Assembly (NCBI GenBank): GCA_963742245.1
Contig: CAVULG010000009.1
Location: 84,169 to 148,168 of the forward strand
DNA length: 64,000 bases
Direction of reading: 5' to 3'
Source of the DNA: an uncultured Acidobacteriota bacterium
Lineage (GTDB): Bacteria; Acidobacteriota; Thermoanaerobaculia; UBA5066; Gp7-AA6
Shown here: positions 20,547 through 30,179 of the stretch, one piece after another
How positions within the stretch are numbered: position 1 is the first letter of the stretch
How the letters are laid out: each line of letters begins with the position of its first letter
Notes under the pieces: generated by a model
What the model saw: only the letters and a program-made list of their open reading frames with translations
What the model was told of the DNA's origin: nothing
Database searches by the model: none
Made by a program: the position numbers and the translations under genes

Positions 20547-22016
20547 CTAACCCACGCGCACGAAATCGATGAACCCGCGCTCGACGTCCGTCGAGATGAG
20601 CTTGACCCGCAGCTTGTCGCCGACCTCGAGGCCCTCCCAGCCGTGGACGAGCTTGCCCTCGACGGGGGGCCGGAAGATGCGCACCCAGGTGCCCTTGTCC
20701 GAAGCGCCCGTGACGACCGCGTCGAAACGCTCGCCGAGCTTCTGTTCGAGAAGGAGCGCCGCGGCCGATTTGCGAACCAGCCGCTCGACCTTGTCGGCGT
20801 CGTCTTCCTGCTCGGTGCAGTGCACCGCGAGCGCCTGCAGCTCGGCGACCTCGTACGGCGCCGGCTCGCCCGCCAGCGCCGCCTTGACGAGGCGCTGCGT
20901 GATCAGGTCGGGGTAGCGCCGGTTCGGCGCGGTCGAATGCGTGTAGTCGCGCACCGCGAGGCCGAAGTGGCCGACGGGCGTCTGGCCAGGCCGCTCGACG
21001 ACGTACTCCCCGGCGCCCATCAGCTTCACGATCACGAGCGAGAGGTCCGGGAAGCGCAGCGGATCCGCGCGCCTCCGTTTGACGAGGAACGCTTCGAGGG
21101 CGCGCGCGTCGGGCTCGGCGGGCAGGCGGTCCCCCGTCTCGGCCGCGAGGGCCACGATCTTCTGCCAGCGCTCGGGCGAGCGGACGACGCGCCGCAGCGA
21201 CGGCACGCCTTTGCCTGCGAGAAAGCGCGCCGTCGCGCCGTTGGCCGCGATCATGAAGTCTTCGATGAGCTGGCGCGCCCGATTCTTCTCCTGCACCGCG
21301 AGATCGACGACCGTGTCGTCCTGGAAGACGGCGCGCGGCTCGATCGTCTCCAGATCCAGCGCGCCCTCCTCGTGGCGACGGGCGCGGAGGGCCTGCGCCA
21401 CCGCGTCCTGCGCCCGGAGCTGATCGACGACTCCCGCGAACGACTGCGCCTTCTCCGGAAACGCGCCCCCCTCGAAGCCGACGGACACCGCGTCGTAAGC
21501 GAGCTTGACGTGGTTGTGCACGGCAGCGCGGTAGAGCGCGCAGCGCCCCAGGCTCCCGTCCTTCGCGACCTCCATGTCGGCGACGACGGCGAGGCGATCC
21601 ACTCCCTCGTTCAAGGACGTGAGGTCGGTCGAGAGCTTCTCCGGCAACATGGGAAAGATCTCCGCCGCCGTGTAGACGCTCGTCGTGTTCGTGCGCGCAT
21701 GGACGTCGATCGCCGAGCCCTTGGCGACGAGCGCGTCGACGTCCGCGACGGCCACGAGGATCCGCGTGCCGCCGCCGGCGAGCGGCTCGGAGACCGTGAG
21801 CTGGTCGAGGTCGCGGGAATCGTCGTTGTCGATCGAGACCCAGAGCCGATCGCGCAGGTCGCGGATCCCGGCTCCGCCGGGCGGCGCGGGACCGCGGATC
21901 GCCGCGAGCTCGGCGTGGACATCCCGCGAGAAGTCGGGCTCGAGGCCCTTCTCGACCATGGCGCGCCGCGCGATGGCCTTCAGATCCGCCCGGTCGTGGC
22001 GCTCGGGACGCTTCAC
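20547..22016 (-). CDS. RNase II/R-family 3'-5' exoribonuclease with C-terminal S1 domain
   Basis: RNB-type core (IDNDDSRDLDQ..., HFGLAVRDYTHSTAPNRRYPDL) and an S1-like C-terminus. The chosen start is GTG 22016, downstream of the kinase stop. ATG 21959 is an alternative. Confidence 0.8.
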   Translation of the reverse strand: MKRPERHDRADLKAIARRAMVEKGLEPDFSRDVHAELAAIRGPAPPGGAGIRDLRDRLWVSIDNDDSRDLDQLTVSEPLAGGGTRILVAVADVDALVAKGSAIDVHARTNTTSVYTAAEIFPMLPEKLSTDLTSLNEGVDRLAVVADMEVAKDGSLGRCALYRAAVHNHVKLAYDAVSVGFEGGAFPEKAQSFAGVVDQLRAQDAVAQALRARRHEEGALDLETIEPRAVFQDDTVVDLAVQEKNRARQLIEDFMIAANGATARFLAGKGVPSLRRVVRSPERWQKIVALAAETGDRLPAEPDARALEAFLVKRRRADPLRFPDLSLVIVKLMGAGEYVVERPGQTPVGHFGLAVRDYTHSTAPNRRYPDLITQRLVKAALAGEPAPYEVAELQALAVHCTEQEDDADKVERLVRKSAAALLLEQKLGERFDAVVTGASDKGTWVRIFRPPVEGKLVHGWEGLEVGDKLRVKLISTDVERGFIDFVRVG

Positions 22017-22026
22017 GCGCCGGAGT

Positions 22027-24435
22027 CTAGCGCGGCCCCTTTTCGAGCCGGGCGAGTCTTTCCGCAGCTTCGCGCACGCGCGGGTTGTCGGGAGGCAGCT
22101 TCGCCTTGAGCGCCGCGTGGCTCTCCTCGAGAAGCGGCCGCGCCTCGCCGGTGCGGCCCTGCAGAGCGAGGCTCTCGCCCAGGATGCTGCGGCTGGCGGC
22201 AATCAGCCAGTGATCCGGCGGCAGCGTCCTTTCCCGCAATGCGAGGCTCTCCCGCAGAAATGGCTCGGCGCCGGACGGATCGTTCACGCCCAGGCGGCAT
22301 CGGCCGACGACCTGGAGCGTCGCCGCGACCATGGGATGCTCGTCGGGCAGCGTCTTTCCGCGATTGGCGAGGGCCTCGCGCGCCAGCGCTTCCGCCCGCG
22401 CGAGCGCGCCCTGCTCGAGGAGCATGTAGGCATAGTTGTAGAGCGTCCAGGAGACATCCGGATGCTCCGCGCCGAGCAGCTGCCGCCGCATCGCGAGCGT
22501 CTCGGCAAAGAGCGTCTCGGCCTCGGCCCCGTCGCGCCGGCCGTCCCACACGGCGGCCGCGAGCGCGCTCATCGCCGAGGCGACGTCCGGGTGCGGACCC
22601 GGGTGCGCGCGGCGGATGATGGCGAGCGCCTCCCGCTGCAGCGGCTCGGCGGCCGCGAGGTCGCCTTTCGTGCCGAGCGTGACCGCGAGATTGTTGAGGG
22701 CTTCCGCGAGAGCCGGGCTCTCCGGAGCGCTGGCGCGCAGGATCTTCACGGCGCGCTCCTCGGTGGCTTGCGCCGCCTCGAGCTTGCCCTCCGCCTGCTC
22801 GATCCCGCCGATCGCGGTCAACGCCCGCGCGGCTGCCTCGGAGTTTGCGCCGTGGAGGCCCTCGCGGATTTTCAACGCTTCGCGCGCGGGCGCCTCCGCC
22901 TTCTCCGGCTCTCCGCGGCTGAGGAGGACGGTCGAAAGAGCGAGCAGCGCATCGGCGACCGCGTCCGAATCGGTTCCGCGAACGCTCCGAAGGAGCTCCA
23001 CCGAGCGCCGGAGCTCCGGCTCCGCCTTGTCGTACAGACCCAGGCCCGAGTACGTCTCGCCGACCGTCTGCCGCACCCCGGCCTCGACCTCCGGCTGGCC
23101 GGCGAGATCGGAGGCGATCCGCAGCGAGGCGCGGTCGAGCACCTCCGCGACGGTCACCTGGCTGCCGTCCTTCCAGGGGTTCGCGGCGCCCAGGACTTCC
23201 TGGACGAACGCGTTGATCTGTGCGGCTTTCTTCGCTTCGCGCCGAGCGGACGCCGCGGAGGCGAGCGACAGCGCCAGCCCGACTGCCAGCGCCGCGACGA
23301 CCGCCGCGGTGGCGGCCGCCCCGATCCGGTGGCGGCGAACGAACTTCGACGCGCGGTACGCGAGGGTATCGGGCCGCGCGGCCACCGGCTCGTTGGTGAG
23401 GCACCGGCGCAGGTCCTCCGAGAGCTCGACGACCGACGCGTAGCGCCGCGCCGGCTCTTTCGCCAGCGCCTTGCCGAGGATCGTGTCGAGATCGTCCGAG
23501 AGCCCGGGCGGCTCGGGCTTCTGCTCGCAGACGATCTTTTCGATCTCGCTCGAGCGTCCGCTCGGAAAACGGTAGGGCGAGCGGCCCGTGAGAAGGCGGT
23601 ACAGGACGACTCCCAGCGAGTAGACGTCCGTGGCGGTGGTGACGGGCTCGCCGCGGATCTGCTCGGGGCTCGCGTAGTCCGGCGTCAGCACGCGCTCTCC
23701 CGCGCGCGTCAGGCCCGGATCCTCTTCGCCGAGGAACTTCGCGATGCCGAAGTCGAGCAGCTTGGGCTCACCCTCGCGTGTGACCAGGATGTTCGCGGGC
23801 TTGATGTCCCGATGGACGATGAGGCGCGCGTGCGCATACTGGACCGCCGCGCAGACCGAGCGAAACAGAAGGATGCGCGCCTCGCGATCGAGCCCGTGCG
23901 CGTCGGCATACACGTCGATCGGCTGCCCTTCGACGTGCTCCATGACGAGATACGGAATGCCTTCCCCCGTCGTTCCGCCGTCGAGCAGACGCGCGATGCC
24001 GGGATGGGCGAGCCGGGCGAGGGCCTGCCGCTCGGCGCGGAAGCGGCGAAGGGTCTCCGTCGAGAAGAGCCCGGGGCGAACGATCTTCACGGCGACCTTC
24101 GCCTCGTACTCCGCGTCGGCGCGGCGCGCCAGGAAGACCGTTCCCATGCCGCCCGAGCCGAGCTCCTCGAGGATTTCGTAGACGCCGAACCGTCCGCGCA
24201 GTGTCCCGCCTCCCGCCGGCACCACGCCTCGCGCGCCGTCGGCCACGATCTCCTCGAGAAAACCCTCGTCCTTCGTGTGGGCCTCGAGAAGACCGCGCAG
24301 CTCCGCCGCGAAGGCCACGTCGGCGCCGGATGCCTCGTCGACGAAGGCCGCGCGCTCTTCGGGCGGCCGCTCGAGGGCCTCCGCGAAGAGCGTCTTCAGC
24401 CGGCGAAAGCGCTCAGACGGCGCCGGGTCCGCCAC
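22027..24435 (-). CDS. Ser/Thr protein kinase with TM helix and C-terminal TPR repeats
   Basis: GSGGMGTVF, VAVK, HRDIKPANIL and DFGIAK motifs, one TM helix, and a roughly 400-aa TPR region. GTG start. Confidence 0.9.
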   Translation of the reverse strand: MADPAPSERFRRLKTLFAEALERPPEERAAFVDEASGADVAFAAELRGLLEAHTKDEGFLEEIVADGARGVVPAGGGTLRGRFGVYEILEELGSGGMGTVFLARRADAEYEAKVAVKIVRPGLFSTETLRRFRAERQALARLAHPGIARLLDGGTTGEGIPYLVMEHVEGQPIDVYADAHGLDREARILLFRSVCAAVQYAHARLIVHRDIKPANILVTREGEPKLLDFGIAKFLGEEDPGLTRAGERVLTPDYASPEQIRGEPVTTATDVYSLGVVLYRLLTGRSPYRFPSGRSSEIEKIVCEQKPEPPGLSDDLDTILGKALAKEPARRYASVVELSEDLRRCLTNEPVAARPDTLAYRASKFVRRHRIGAAATAAVVAALAVGLALSLASAASARREAKKAAQINAFVQEVLGAANPWKDGSQVTVAEVLDRASLRIASDLAGQPEVEAGVRQTVGETYSGLGLYDKAEPELRRSVELLRSVRGTDSDAVADALLALSTVLLSRGEPEKAEAPAREALKIREGLHGANSEAAARALTAIGGIEQAEGKLEAAQATEERAVKILRASAPESPALAEALNNLAVTLGTKGDLAAAEPLQREALAIIRRAHPGPHPDVASAMSALAAAVWDGRRDGAEAETLFAETLAMRRQLLGAEHPDVSWTLYNYAYMLLEQGALARAEALAREALANRGKTLPDEHPMVAATLQVVGRCRLGVNDPSGAEPFLRESLALRERTLPPDHWLIAASRSILGESLALQGRTGEARPLLEESHAALKAKLPPDNPRVREAAERLARLEKGPR

Positions 24436-24952
24436 CCGTAAGCTCCTTGAGCAACCAGGCGCGGGCCATCGCCGAATCGCGTTTCACCGTCGTCGGCGAG
24501 ACGGAGAGCGCCTCGCCCGTTTCCTCCACGGTCATCCCGGCGATGAAGCGCATCTCGACGATGCGGACGAGCTGGCCGTCGAGGGCGGAGAGCCGCTCGA
24601 GCGCCTCGTCGAGCGCGAGCAGGTCGTACGGCGCGCCGGCGGATGCCGCGACTTCTTCGGAAAGGGTCACGCGGACGCTGCCTCCGCCGCGCTTGGCGGC
24701 CCGGCGCGCGCGGGCGTGGTCGACGAGGATCCGGCGCATCACCTGCGCTGCGAGAGCCATGAACTGCGGACGGCTCTCCACGGTGAGGGCGTGGATGCGG
24801 GCGAGCTCGAGGTACGCCTCGTGGACGAGCGCCGTGGTCTGGAGGGTGTGGTCCGAGCGCTCGCCGCTCATGACCTTCCCGGCCAGGCGTCGGAGCTCTT
24901 CATAGATCTCCGGAATCAAGGCGTCGAGGTCCGTCCGGTCGCCGCCGCCCAT
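24413..24952 (-). CDS. ECF sigma factor, TIGR02999-like (kinase-associated type)
   Basis: HTLQTTALVHEAYLEL, MRRILVDHARARRAAKRGGG and VEMRFIAGMTVEETGEAL motifs. It overlaps the kinase start by 23 nt. Confidence 0.85.
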   Translation of the reverse strand: MGGGDRTDLDALIPEIYEELRRLAGKVMSGERSDHTLQTTALVHEAYLELARIHALTVESRPQFMALAAQVMRRILVDHARARRAAKRGGGSVRVTLSEEVAASAGAPYDLLALDEALERLSALDGQLVRIVEMRFIAGMTVEETGEALSVSPTTVKRDSAMARAWLLKELTGGGPGAV

Positions 24953-25184
24953 TGGGCGGGAATCCTACCGGGGGATCGAGGACCGATGGTCCCTGCCTTC
25001 GAGGTTTCTCGCTTCCTGCAGCAGAGGTTCAGGAGGAACGGCCATGAGCCGCATCGCCACTTCGCTCTCGAGTCCGGCCCTCGGCGGCGGTGCGATCCCG
25101 CAAGCCCTGAGCGCTCAGCAGCTTCGGCCCCTTTCGTCAGCGGATCTCACTTGCGGATGTCCCAATCAGGAGGCTTGGATAACC

Positions 25185-27389
25185 ATGAAGGCCAGAACCC
25201 TCGCGGTGCTCCTCTTCGCGGCGTGCGCGTCGCCCGCCCTCGCGCAGACGCCGGTTCTCGGCGGAGAGTTTCCGATCAACACCTACACGACGGATCAGCA
25301 GATCTCCTCCTCCGTCGCGTCGGACCACCAGGGCAACTTCGTCGTGACGTGGAGCGAAACCTCCCAGGAAGACATCTACGCCCGCCGCCTCGACGCGAAC
25401 TCGAATCCGCTCGGCCCTGAGTTTCGCGTCAACTCCTTCACCGGGGGGTTTCAGATCGACTCCCACGTGAGCGCGGACGCTTCGGGCAAGTTCGTCGTGG
25501 TCTGGACCGACGCCGGCGGCAGCGACGGCTCGCTCTCGGGCGTCTTCGGCCGCCGGTTCGACGCCGCTGGAGCCCCGATCGGCTCGGACTTCCCGATCAA
25601 CACCTACACGAGCTCGACCCAGCAGTCGCCCGCCGTCGCCGTCGATCCGTCGGGCTCGTTCGTCGTGGTCTGGCAGAGCAACGGGGCGGACGGTTCGGGC
25701 TTTGGAGTTCGCGGCCGCCGATTCAACGCCGCCGGAGCGCCGTTGGGCGACGAGTTCGCCGTCAACACTTACACCACCGATCGGCAGTCAGCTCCGCGCG
25801 TCGCCGCCGTCCCGTCCGGCGGGTTCATCGTCGTGTGGGAGAGCCAGGGCCAGGACGGCTCGCCCTACAGCATCTACGGCCGGCGCTTCGACGGCTCGGG
25901 GAACGGGTCGGCGGAGTTCGCGGTCAACTCGGTGACGACCGGATATCAGACGCTGCCCGACCTCGCCGTCAGCTCCGACGGCGGTTTCGTCGTGGCCTGG
26001 GGGGGCGAGACGGGCCCGAACAACGTCGACGTCTTCGCCCGGCGTTTCGCCAGCGACGGCACACCGCTCGGATCGGACTTCCCCGTCAGCAACCCGGCGA
26101 CGACCATCGAACTGAGGCCCCGCCTCGCCTTCGACGACGAAGACAACCTCCTGATCACCTGGATGGGCTTCGGCACGGACGTGCCTCTCTCCCACACCCC
26201 CAACGCGCCCGACGGAGGCAACCCCGAGATCGGCGCCTACGCCCGGCGCTTCGGCCCCGAGGGGCAGCGTATCGGCCCGCAGTTCCTCGTCAACGTCTAC
26301 ACGACCGGCGAGCAGAGCAGCCCGGCCGTGGCCGCCGGCGAGAACGGACAGTTCGTCATCACGTGGGAGAGCTATCAGGACGGGGGGTTCCGCGGAATCT
26401 ACGGCCGCTCGACGGGCTTTGTCGATGCAAAGCCGATGACCGTCGACGCGAGCGCGTCGGGGGGAACCTCCAACGTCAACGGCGTTCTGGAGCCCGGCGA
26501 ACGGGTGCTCGTCGCGCCGGCCTACCGCAACCGCTCGGAGGCCGGCATGACGCTGCCCGGCATCGCAACGAATCTGACGGGGCTGGCCGGCCCCACCTAC
26601 ACGATCAACGACGCCTCCGCCAGCTACGGGACGATCGCCCCGGACGCGACGACCGATTGCCTCGAAGCGACGGCCAACTGCTACGAGTTCACCGTCGCCG
26701 GGGCCCGGCCGGTCGTGCACTGGGACGCCGAATTCGACGAGCTCCTCGAGGTGCCCGGCTCGTTCGACGCGAAGAAGACCTGGGCCCTCCACGTCGGGGA
26801 AAGTTTTCCCGACGTCCCGGCGTCGAGCCCGTTCTATCCCTTCATCGAGAACATCCTCCATCACGGTGTGACCGGCGGCGGAGCCTGCGGCCCCGGCGTC
26901 TACTGCCCGCAGGACGGCGTGCTCCGCCAGCAGATGGCGGTCTTCCTGCTGCGCTCGCGCTACGGTCCCGGCTACGCGCCGCCGGCGGCGACGGGCTCTC
27001 TCTTCAGCGACGTGCCGGCATCCAATCCGTTCGCTGCCTGGATCGAGGAGCTGTACCGGCAGGGCGTGACGGGAGGCTGCGGGGGCGGTCCCCCGAATCC
27101 CCTGTTCTACTGTCCGACGGCGGTGGTCAACCGGCAGCAGATGGCCGCGTTCCTGCTGATCATGCGCGAAGGCGCCGGCTACGCGCCGCCGCCCTGCCAG
27201 ATTCCCCTCTTCGACGACGTGCCGTGCTCGAACGGCTTCGCGCCGTTCATCGAGGCTCTGTACAACCAGCAGATCGCGGCGGGCTGCTCGACGAATCCGC
27301 TTCGGTACTGCCCGGCCAATCCGACGACGCGGCAGCAGATGGCCGCGTTCCTCGTCCGGACCTTCGGGTTGGCTCTCTATGGGCCCTGA
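25185..27389 (+). CDS. secreted repeat protein: seven ~50-aa propeller-like repeats plus three SLH-like repeats
   Basis: ATG 25185 lies inside ORF 25044..27389, with signal peptide MKARTLAVLLFAACASPALA. The repeat unit is EF-x-VNTYT-x3-Q-x2-P-x-VA...G-x-FVVVW...G-x-[FY]GRRF. The C-terminal repeats at about 26805-27375 resemble those of the 8424 gene. Confidence 0.8.
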   Translation: MKARTLAVLLFAACASPALAQTPVLGGEFPINTYTTDQQISSSVASDHQGNFVVTWSETSQEDIYARRLDANSNPLGPEFRVNSFTGGFQIDSHVSADASGKFVVVWTDAGGSDGSLSGVFGRRFDAAGAPIGSDFPINTYTSSTQQSPAVAVDPSGSFVVVWQSNGADGSGFGVRGRRFNAAGAPLGDEFAVNTYTTDRQSAPRVAAVPSGGFIVVWESQGQDGSPYSIYGRRFDGSGNGSAEFAVNSVTTGYQTLPDLAVSSDGGFVVAWGGETGPNNVDVFARRFASDGTPLGSDFPVSNPATTIELRPRLAFDDEDNLLITWMGFGTDVPLSHTPNAPDGGNPEIGAYARRFGPEGQRIGPQFLVNVYTTGEQSSPAVAAGENGQFVITWESYQDGGFRGIYGRSTGFVDAKPMTVDASASGGTSNVNGVLEPGERVLVAPAYRNRSEAGMTLPGIATNLTGLAGPTYTINDASASYGTIAPDATTDCLEATANCYEFTVAGARPVVHWDAEFDELLEVPGSFDAKKTWALHVGESFPDVPASSPFYPFIENILHHGVTGGGACGPGVYCPQDGVLRQQMAVFLLRSRYGPGYAPPAATGSLFSDVPASNPFAAWIEELYRQGVTGGCGGGPPNPLFYCPTAVVNRQQMAAFLLIMREGAGYAPPPCQIPLFDDVPCSNGFAPFIEALYNQQIAAGCSTNPLRYCPANPTTRQQMAAFLVRTFGLALYGP

Positions 27390-28696
27390 GACGACGTGGA
27401 CGGAGACGGGATCAGGACCAGGTCTTCCTGGGGCGGATTCAGGTACTCCGCCCCTTTCTCCGTGACCACGGCCATCTCCTCGACGGAAATGCCCTTGGTC
27501 GTCTTCGCGGCCGCGTCGAGCTCCCAGCAGAAGAAGCCGTCGAAGGCGAAGGTCTGGCCCGGCACGAGCTTGCGCAGCGCACGCTCCCCCGGCGGCCGGT
27601 CGCTCTGCGCGCCCGATAGCCCGGGGCCGGGATCGTGGGCCCAGTATCCGACGGGATGCCCCGTGCCCCACGGCATCGGCAGCGAGCCGGCTTCCTTCAT
27701 CCACGCGCGCTGCGCCTTGTCGACGTCGTAGCCGGTCGCCCCGGGCTTCATCGCGGCGAGCGCGACGCGGCTGCCGCGCTTGCCCTTCTCCCACTTCTCG
27801 ATCGCCGACTTCGGCGCGGCCGCCTCGCCGGGCGCGAGCACGTAGGCGAAGCGCTGGATGTCCGTGACCCAGCGGCCGTGGACCTTGATGCCGAAGTCGG
27901 TCTGGATGAAATCGCCCGGCTGGATGACCTTGTCGGTCGCGTGCGAGTGCCCGCGGTCGGGGCCCGAGTTGACGTTGGGGTTCTGGTCGGGCGCCCAACC
28001 GTCCTCGTAGCCGAGCTCGCGCAGCCGCTTCTTCAGGTACCCCGCGAGGTCGGAATCGCGCGTCTTGCCCGGGACGACCGTCTTGTACGCCTCGATCTCG
28101 AGCTCCGCGGTCACCGCCGCCGCGCGCCGCATGATCTCGACTTCCTCGGGCAGCTTGACGGACAGCCACGCGGCGACGAGCTCCTGGGCCGAGACCAGGC
28201 GGCTCCTCCACTCGGGACCGAGCGCCGTCTCGAGCTCCTCGCGCTGTGTCCAGGAGAGGCCGTCGGAGACGGGGTCGCCGCCCGAGTTCACGGCGATCTT
28301 CTTCGGAGCGGCGGCTCGAACCCGCGCGGCCGCGGCGTCCCAGACGCTCTGGCCCGGCTCGACCACGACGACCTCGTCCACGACGCCGACGTCTTTCAAC
28401 GCCGTCGCCTCGCCCGAAGGCGAGACCGCGACGGAGGAGACGCGTCCGTCCTTCCGGAAGAACAAGAACGCAGCGGTGCCGCCGGCGTTTTCGCCGCCGA
28501 CGTGCGCGGCCAGCGGGTCGTTGTCGTTCTCGCGGCAGACGACGATCCAGGCATCCACGCCCGTCCGCTCCATCGCCGACGGCAGGAGCTTCTGGATCCG
28601 CTCCTTGCGGATGCGGGGCCAGGGGTTCTCGGAGGAGAACGCGGGGACCGCGCTCGAGACCAGGAGGGCACACAGGGCCGCCGTGCGGAGTCGCAT
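27377..28696 (-). CDS. secreted M24-family metallopeptidase (Xaa-Pro aminopeptidase-like)
   Basis: Signal peptide, a creatinase/prolidase-like N-domain, and a pita-bread core with D/H/E ligand context (IQTDFGIK, GHPVG, VEEMAVV). Confidence 0.7.
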   Translation of the reverse strand: MRLRTAALCALLVSSAVPAFSSENPWPRIRKERIQKLLPSAMERTGVDAWIVVCRENDNDPLAAHVGGENAGGTAAFLFFRKDGRVSSVAVSPSGEATALKDVGVVDEVVVVEPGQSVWDAAAARVRAAAPKKIAVNSGGDPVSDGLSWTQREELETALGPEWRSRLVSAQELVAAWLSVKLPEEVEIMRRAAAVTAELEIEAYKTVVPGKTRDSDLAGYLKKRLRELGYEDGWAPDQNPNVNSGPDRGHSHATDKVIQPGDFIQTDFGIKVHGRWVTDIQRFAYVLAPGEAAAPKSAIEKWEKGKRGSRVALAAMKPGATGYDVDKAQRAWMKEAGSLPMPWGTGHPVGYWAHDPGPGLSGAQSDRPPGERALRKLVPGQTFAFDGFFCWELDAAAKTTKGISVEEMAVVTEKGAEYLNPPQEDLVLIPSPSTSSQGP

Positions 28697-28705
28697 CGGC
28701 GGATG

Positions 28706-30175
28706 CTACTCGATGGGTGCGGGCTCTTCGCGCGGCACGAGAGCGAATCGCGCGCGCCGGTAGTCGAGCGTCAGCTTGAAGAAGTCGAGAAATCCCAGGC
28801 CGACGTTGCCGTCCGTCGCGCGATCCCGAAAGAGCGCGCGGGACGGGTTCTCGGTGAAGAAGGCGACGACGTCGGGCACGCGCCTTCCGGCGATCTCGAG
28901 CCATTCGATCGAGGACATGAGAAGCGTTTCGGTGCCGGCGGGAATCCTCGGTCCCTCGCGGCCTTCGAGCAGGCGCAGCCGCTCGACGGTCGGCCAGAAA
29001 AAGATGACGGCGGGCCCGGCCCCGAGGTCGATTCGAAAAAGTCCGGAATGGCCGCCATCCCACCGGCCCGGGACAATGGGGAGCTTCGACTCGAATCGCA
29101 GAGGGATCCAGAGCGCCGGCGAGGAGGGCGGATGCGCGGCGAACGTGACTCGGGGCACGGCACTCTCGACCGTCGCGACGCACCGGCTCAGAACGTCGTA
29201 GCCGACGATGCCGTGGATCGGCCGTCCGAGAGGCTCCGCGAGGAAATCGAGATCCATCTCGACGGCGGGAAGGCCGCGAACCGTCAGCGGGCCGATCGAG
29301 AGCGTCGCCGCGCGGCGGACGGGAGCGGCCATGAAGCCGTAGGCGCTCGCGAGCGGGGACCGGCCGACGATCGGAAGGTCGTTGCGCCAGCCGGCCGCGA
29401 GGACCGTCACCGCGGCCCCCGTGTCGAGGATGAACCAGCCGCGCGTGCCGTCGACCTCGGTCTCGACGAGGACGTGGCCGCTCGGCGCGCGCTCCGCGCG
29501 GATCCCGTCCCCATCGGCCGCCGAGAACGAGAAATCGTCGGGCTCCGGAAACCCCGGCGCCGAGAGCCCGACGGTCGCGGGTTCTCCGACGACCGCCGCG
29601 ACGCGCTCGAAGTCGGTCATCGCGACCCCTTCGACGGTGTGCCGGAGGCGGGTGGGGACCCAGGGGAGGTCCGGATCGCCCCAGGTGACGTCGAGCCTCT
29701 CCGTGCCGCCCAGCGATTCGAACTCGAAGGCAGCGGGCCGACCCGATGAATCCGGGTCGAGCAGGGCGCGCCCGGCGAGAAGACCGCCGCGCACCTGGAT
29801 CGGGATCGAAGAATCGCCCGGCTCCCCGCGACCGACCTCGAGGGCGGAGCCGTCCGAGAGCCAGACACCGGTGAGGATCGAGGAGAGGAACCGGGCACTC
29901 TCGAGGTCCTGGCCTTCGAGCGGATACGGCATGCCGGTCCAGTCCGACGCCCGGGCGTCTTCACCACCGTCGCCACCTTCGGTTCCGGCCCAGTAGACCT
30001 GCGGCAGCGGCGCGTCGATGCGCAGGAGCATCGCGCCGCCGGCCGCCGCTGCAATGACGGCACTACCGGGGCCGTCGAGGTGCCGCACGCGCGCCTCGAC
30101 GCGCGTCGCGCTACCGGGTTGCGGGGCTCTCCAGTGGACTGCTTCGCGCAGCGAAGCGAGGGAGGCCGCGCTCAT
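28706..30175 (-). CDS. retropepsin-like aspartyl protease, pseudo-dimeric (two catalytic motifs)
   Basis: Two D-[TL]-G-A motifs sit in one chain (FILDTGAAVTVL and FRIDLGAGPAVIF). Confidence 0.6.
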   Translation of the reverse strand: MSAASLASLREAVHWRAPQPGSATRVEARVRHLDGPGSAVIAAAAGGAMLLRIDAPLPQVYWAGTEGGDGGEDARASDWTGMPYPLEGQDLESARFLSSILTGVWLSDGSALEVGRGEPGDSSIPIQVRGGLLAGRALLDPDSSGRPAAFEFESLGGTERLDVTWGDPDLPWVPTRLRHTVEGVAMTDFERVAAVVGEPATVGLSAPGFPEPDDFSFSAADGDGIRAERAPSGHVLVETEVDGTRGWFILDTGAAVTVLAAGWRNDLPIVGRSPLASAYGFMAAPVRRAATLSIGPLTVRGLPAVEMDLDFLAEPLGRPIHGIVGYDVLSRCVATVESAVPRVTFAAHPPSSPALWIPLRFESKLPIVPGRWDGGHSGLFRIDLGAGPAVIFFWPTVERLRLLEGREGPRIPAGTETLLMSSIEWLEIAGRRVPDVVAFFTENPSRALFRDRATDGNVGLGFLDFFKLTLDYRRARFALVPREEPAPIE

Positions 30176-30179
30176 CCGG

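Noticed and set aside
21685-24441. 918-aa plus-strand ORF opposite the kinase and RNase genes
   Set aside because: Shadow ORF. The kinase motifs are on the minus strand.
25788-29183. 1131-aa minus-strand ORF
   Set aside because: It is antisense or off-frame to the repeat protein and overlaps the M24 gene in another frame. Arg-rich junk composition.
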